Assembly (NCBI RefSeq): GCF_037042905.1
Contig: NC_087250.1
Location: 14,820,001 to 14,884,000 of the forward strand
Reading direction: 5' to 3'
Source: Lytechinus pictus
Lineage: Eukaryota
Length of the DNA: 64,000 nt
Part shown: positions 61,086 through 64,000 of the stretch, piece by piece
Layout: every line of letters begins with the position of its first letter
How positions within the stretch are numbered: the first letter of the stretch is position 1
Program-made: the position numbers and the translations under genes
The notes under the pieces: generated by a model
Told to the model about the DNA's origin: nothing
Seen by the model: only the letters and a program-made list of their open reading frames with translations
The model's database searches: none

Positions 61086-62318
61086 ATGATGCCTCTAAAT
61101 AAAGCGGAATCATCACCATATTTCTCAGAAACACTTCCTACATCTTTCCCTGGGACTATCCCCGGATCATCTCTCTTTACGGAGTCCAGGACTGAGTTTG
61201 AAACACAGAGTTATTTTATTGAGATCCTGGATGAGAATCCAGGTTCTCAGGTAGGCCTATCGTTGGCCGAAGCCACGGGATCCAGTCTGAGAAGCACCCG
61301 AGTGGAGGATTCCCAAGCCAGTGTTTCTTGGGAGTGGTACCCGCTTGAATGGAAATGGTGGACGATCATCCAACTCCTAGCTGCGAATGTAGGAATCATC
61401 GGAAACTTCCTGGTGATCCTGGTTGTTTTCAGGAGAGGGATCAAACGGAAGTCCACCGACATCCTCATAGGAACTTTGGCCATTGCTGATTTCCTGACCT
61501 CCATATTCCTGATACCCCTGCCACCAATCAAGCAACTCCCATCGACTTGGATCGGTCAGATCTACTGCAAGATAGTCTATGTCAACATCGTCATGTGGAC
61601 CTCTGTGACTATTTCTGTTTTCATCCTGTCGGCTGTGTCCATTGAACGCCTTGTTGCCATAGCCTATCCTCTACACTTCAAGACTATCTTTTCAAATCGC
61701 TTGACAGCTATCTACATCTTCGTCATCACTGCAGTAGTGATCATCATCCAGGTCGTGTGGTCTTTCACGGCCTTCGTCGATGAGGACAAGAATACATGCG
61801 TATTGCGATATTCTTCAAAGCAACTACAGGCGGACGTCGGGATCGCCTTGTTCTTCTACAAGATTGTCATACCGGGTTTTGTCATGTTTGTGTCGCAAGC
61901 TCTGACGGTAATGGTTCTGCGAGCAGAGTACAAACGGTTCGGCGACACGGGCAAAGACATCAACGTTTGTAGTCCTCAGTTCAAGCTTTTGATAGCGAAG
62001 AAAAGGGTTGTGAACATGCTCCTGATCGTCCTATTAACCTTCTTCATCTGCTGGGGTCCTAATCAGATCTTCTATCTGTTGCTCAACCTTGGTCTAGTAC
62101 CCACATCTTATCTCTATGGTCCGTTGCATCGATTTCTTGTTGTTTTAGCTTTCTTCAACTCTTGTCTCAATCCGGTTATCTACACGGCCCGTTATCCACG
62201 GTTCCGTGAAGCTCTTAAAGATTTGTTCTCAAGCTCTTCTATCAAGTCACAAGTCCCAATCTTTGGGCAGAAAATGGAAACTTCTACAGTGCCTACCATT
62301 GCCAGTAATGTTGCTTGA
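61086..62318 (+). CDS. Single-exon rhodopsin-family GPCR (galanin/allatostatin-A/somatostatin receptor-like), 410 aa
   Basis: Seven hydrophobic segments; GN (TM1), LAIAD (TM2), Cys pair, SIERL (TM3), CWGP (TM6), NSCLNPVIY (TM7). Confidence 0.95.
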   Translation: MMPLNKAESSPYFSETLPTSFPGTIPGSSLFTESRTEFETQSYFIEILDENPGSQVGLSLAEATGSSLRSTRVEDSQASVSWEWYPLEWKWWTIIQLLAANVGIIGNFLVILVVFRRGIKRKSTDILIGTLAIADFLTSIFLIPLPPIKQLPSTWIGQIYCKIVYVNIVMWTSVTISVFILSAVSIERLVAIAYPLHFKTIFSNRLTAIYIFVITAVVIIIQVVWSFTAFVDEDKNTCVLRYSSKQLQADVGIALFFYKIVIPGFVMFVSQALTVMVLRAEYKRFGDTGKDINVCSPQFKLLIAKKRVVNMLLIVLLTFFICWGPNQIFYLLLNLGLVPTSYLYGPLHRFLVVLAFFNSCLNPVIYTARYPRFREALKDLFSSSSIKSQVPIFGQKMETSTVPTIASNVA

Positions 62319-62751
62319 CTCCATAAAAGGGGGGATGCGGGAGCGCTATCGGGACTGTCATCTCCTATATAGACTAAAACTAAAAACTACAAGTTGCACA
62401 TCTGATTACGAAAAGAACGTTCAGATTCCCTACAAGCGTTGTCTTGATAGAGTGTATACTCTTGAGTTACAAGGTACATGCATGGTAGCTTATTGGGGAT
62501 GTGGAAGTGAAGAACTTTAAATGATACCAACATAGAATTAAATTTAAGAGTTATTGGACTTTCTGCCATTCAGACAAGATGTTCCATGCATGATTCGGAA
62601 ACGTGGGGAATTGATAATCAATTCTGTTTGGTATGTTTCATCAAGGGGTGATCTTTGTCGGGAGTTAAATAACTAACAGCACTTTCATTTTAAGTATTCT
62701 AAAACACAGTAATGGATTGCATGGTGCATAATCGTCGCCGATTTATCCTAT

Positions 62752-63062
62752 GACCCGTATTCTGATAGCAGGTTTAACTTAAACTCAGGTTTAGAGTTGT
62801 GGTTTAAGTATGGATAGCCAATTATTACATAAATCACTAACAGTAGAGATATCATACTTCAGCTCATTTGGCTCTCAAATCATTCATAATTGTCTAGGAA
62901 GTGTAAATATATGATTGCATTGACCATCGATGAATCGGGAAAGAGCACAGTAAACATAAGAAACATACAACTCCATAAAAATTTTGATACTTATGGCTTC
63001 CCATACTTAAACCACAACTTTAAACCTGAGTTTAAGTTAAACCCGACTTCAGAATACGGGCC
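62752..63062. mobile_element. MITE family A copy
   Basis: TIRs and 3-bp TSD TAT. Confidence 0.85.
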
Positions 63063-64000
63063 TATGTCTTCAAATACGGCATAACGGCGTCGTGTCCAAA
63101 TGTCACCCTTTCCCATTTTATAGAGAATCATTCTATCTGTTAAAAAAATTCCTTCAATTTCTCTTATGACTTTAAGCTGAAATCTTACTAGTAATTGCTG
63201 ACAGGAAATTCAACGTCCCTGCATGCAGCAACCCCCCCCCTCGCCTTCCATTTTAAACGATGGTGTGTGATTCTTTGCTTGATTACTGGTACAATGAATG
63301 CTCTTTTTTTTTTCTCCCTGACGTCGTGTTCATCTACATTGGTGTGGTTGGTGTAAATCATCTGAGTATTGTGCTTTATAGGGTTTATGTATTATTTTTC
63401 ATTGTGAAGTGAATATAGGTCACTATTCCTTATTGAAAAGTTCTTCGATCATATTGCCTTAAAATCGAAAAAGAGCACAGAGGCTTACAAAGAAATATTA
63501 ATAGGATATTGTTTTGTTATTTCTAAATGAGGTTGGGTGAGTAGCATTATATTTTTTCAATAGATTCCACTGAGGAGAAACTGTCACTGTTTTTAGATGG
63601 AAAATGTTATTTTTGTCGATAATCTTGTTGTTTTTCTTATCATTTTCGTGTTGCCGTCTTAATAGGGCGATTCCATGCTAGAAAAATCAGCCTTTCTACT
63701 GGGTAGACATGTAAAAAAAATGACAATCAACAAAAATGTCGTGCCCATGGATGAATTGGAGGTGAAAATGTTGCGTGCCGTATACATTTCTGAGTCCCAT
63801 ACGACACGCATTAATTATCACCTTTAATTCACCCATAATCAACATACTTTTTGTTGGTTATCAGTTTTTCACATGACTACCCACTATAAATTCATTCACA
63901 AAAAATGATTTTTTTTTTTACTGCTCAAGCATTCAGCTAAGAGACTAGAAATTGTTGTCAAAATGTCCCGTACGACACGTGAAGAATCACCCTAAACATG

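Overview
AT-rich, repeat-dense animal genomic DNA. An echinoderm (sea-urchin-like) origin is my inference from repeat content, TTAGGG and the GPCR type. The left ~37 kb holds the 5' part of a minus-strand CABIN1 gene. I traced 30 phase-consistent coding exons (36969 down to 958, 4088 nt, gene continues beyond the window start), including a GC-AG intron and an apparent 141-aa N-terminal extension ahead of the vertebrate-equivalent Met. Many exons are shadowed by decayed tandem copies of their own edges. One splice donor is supplied by a MITE inserted exactly at the exon end (introner-like geometry). Upstream lie a decayed intron-containing P-loop NTPase gene (DUF3987/YfjI-like) between ~600-bp inverted repeats, and a nested pair of TIR elements, both with intact 8-bp TSDs. 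The inner one carries a GNRA hairpin, (TTAGGG)29 and a 1.6-kb CRISPR-looking but non-CRISPR array. The right part has a MITE-disrupted GPCR fragment and an 8.7-kb foldback/MULE-like element (9-bp TSD) full of nested insertions, including a complete 72-nt tRNA-like cloverleaf with a UCA (opal-reading) anticodon and T5 terminator. An intact single-exon class A GPCR follows. All family assignments come from motif recognition and were not checked against databases; repeat boundaries without TSDs are approximate.
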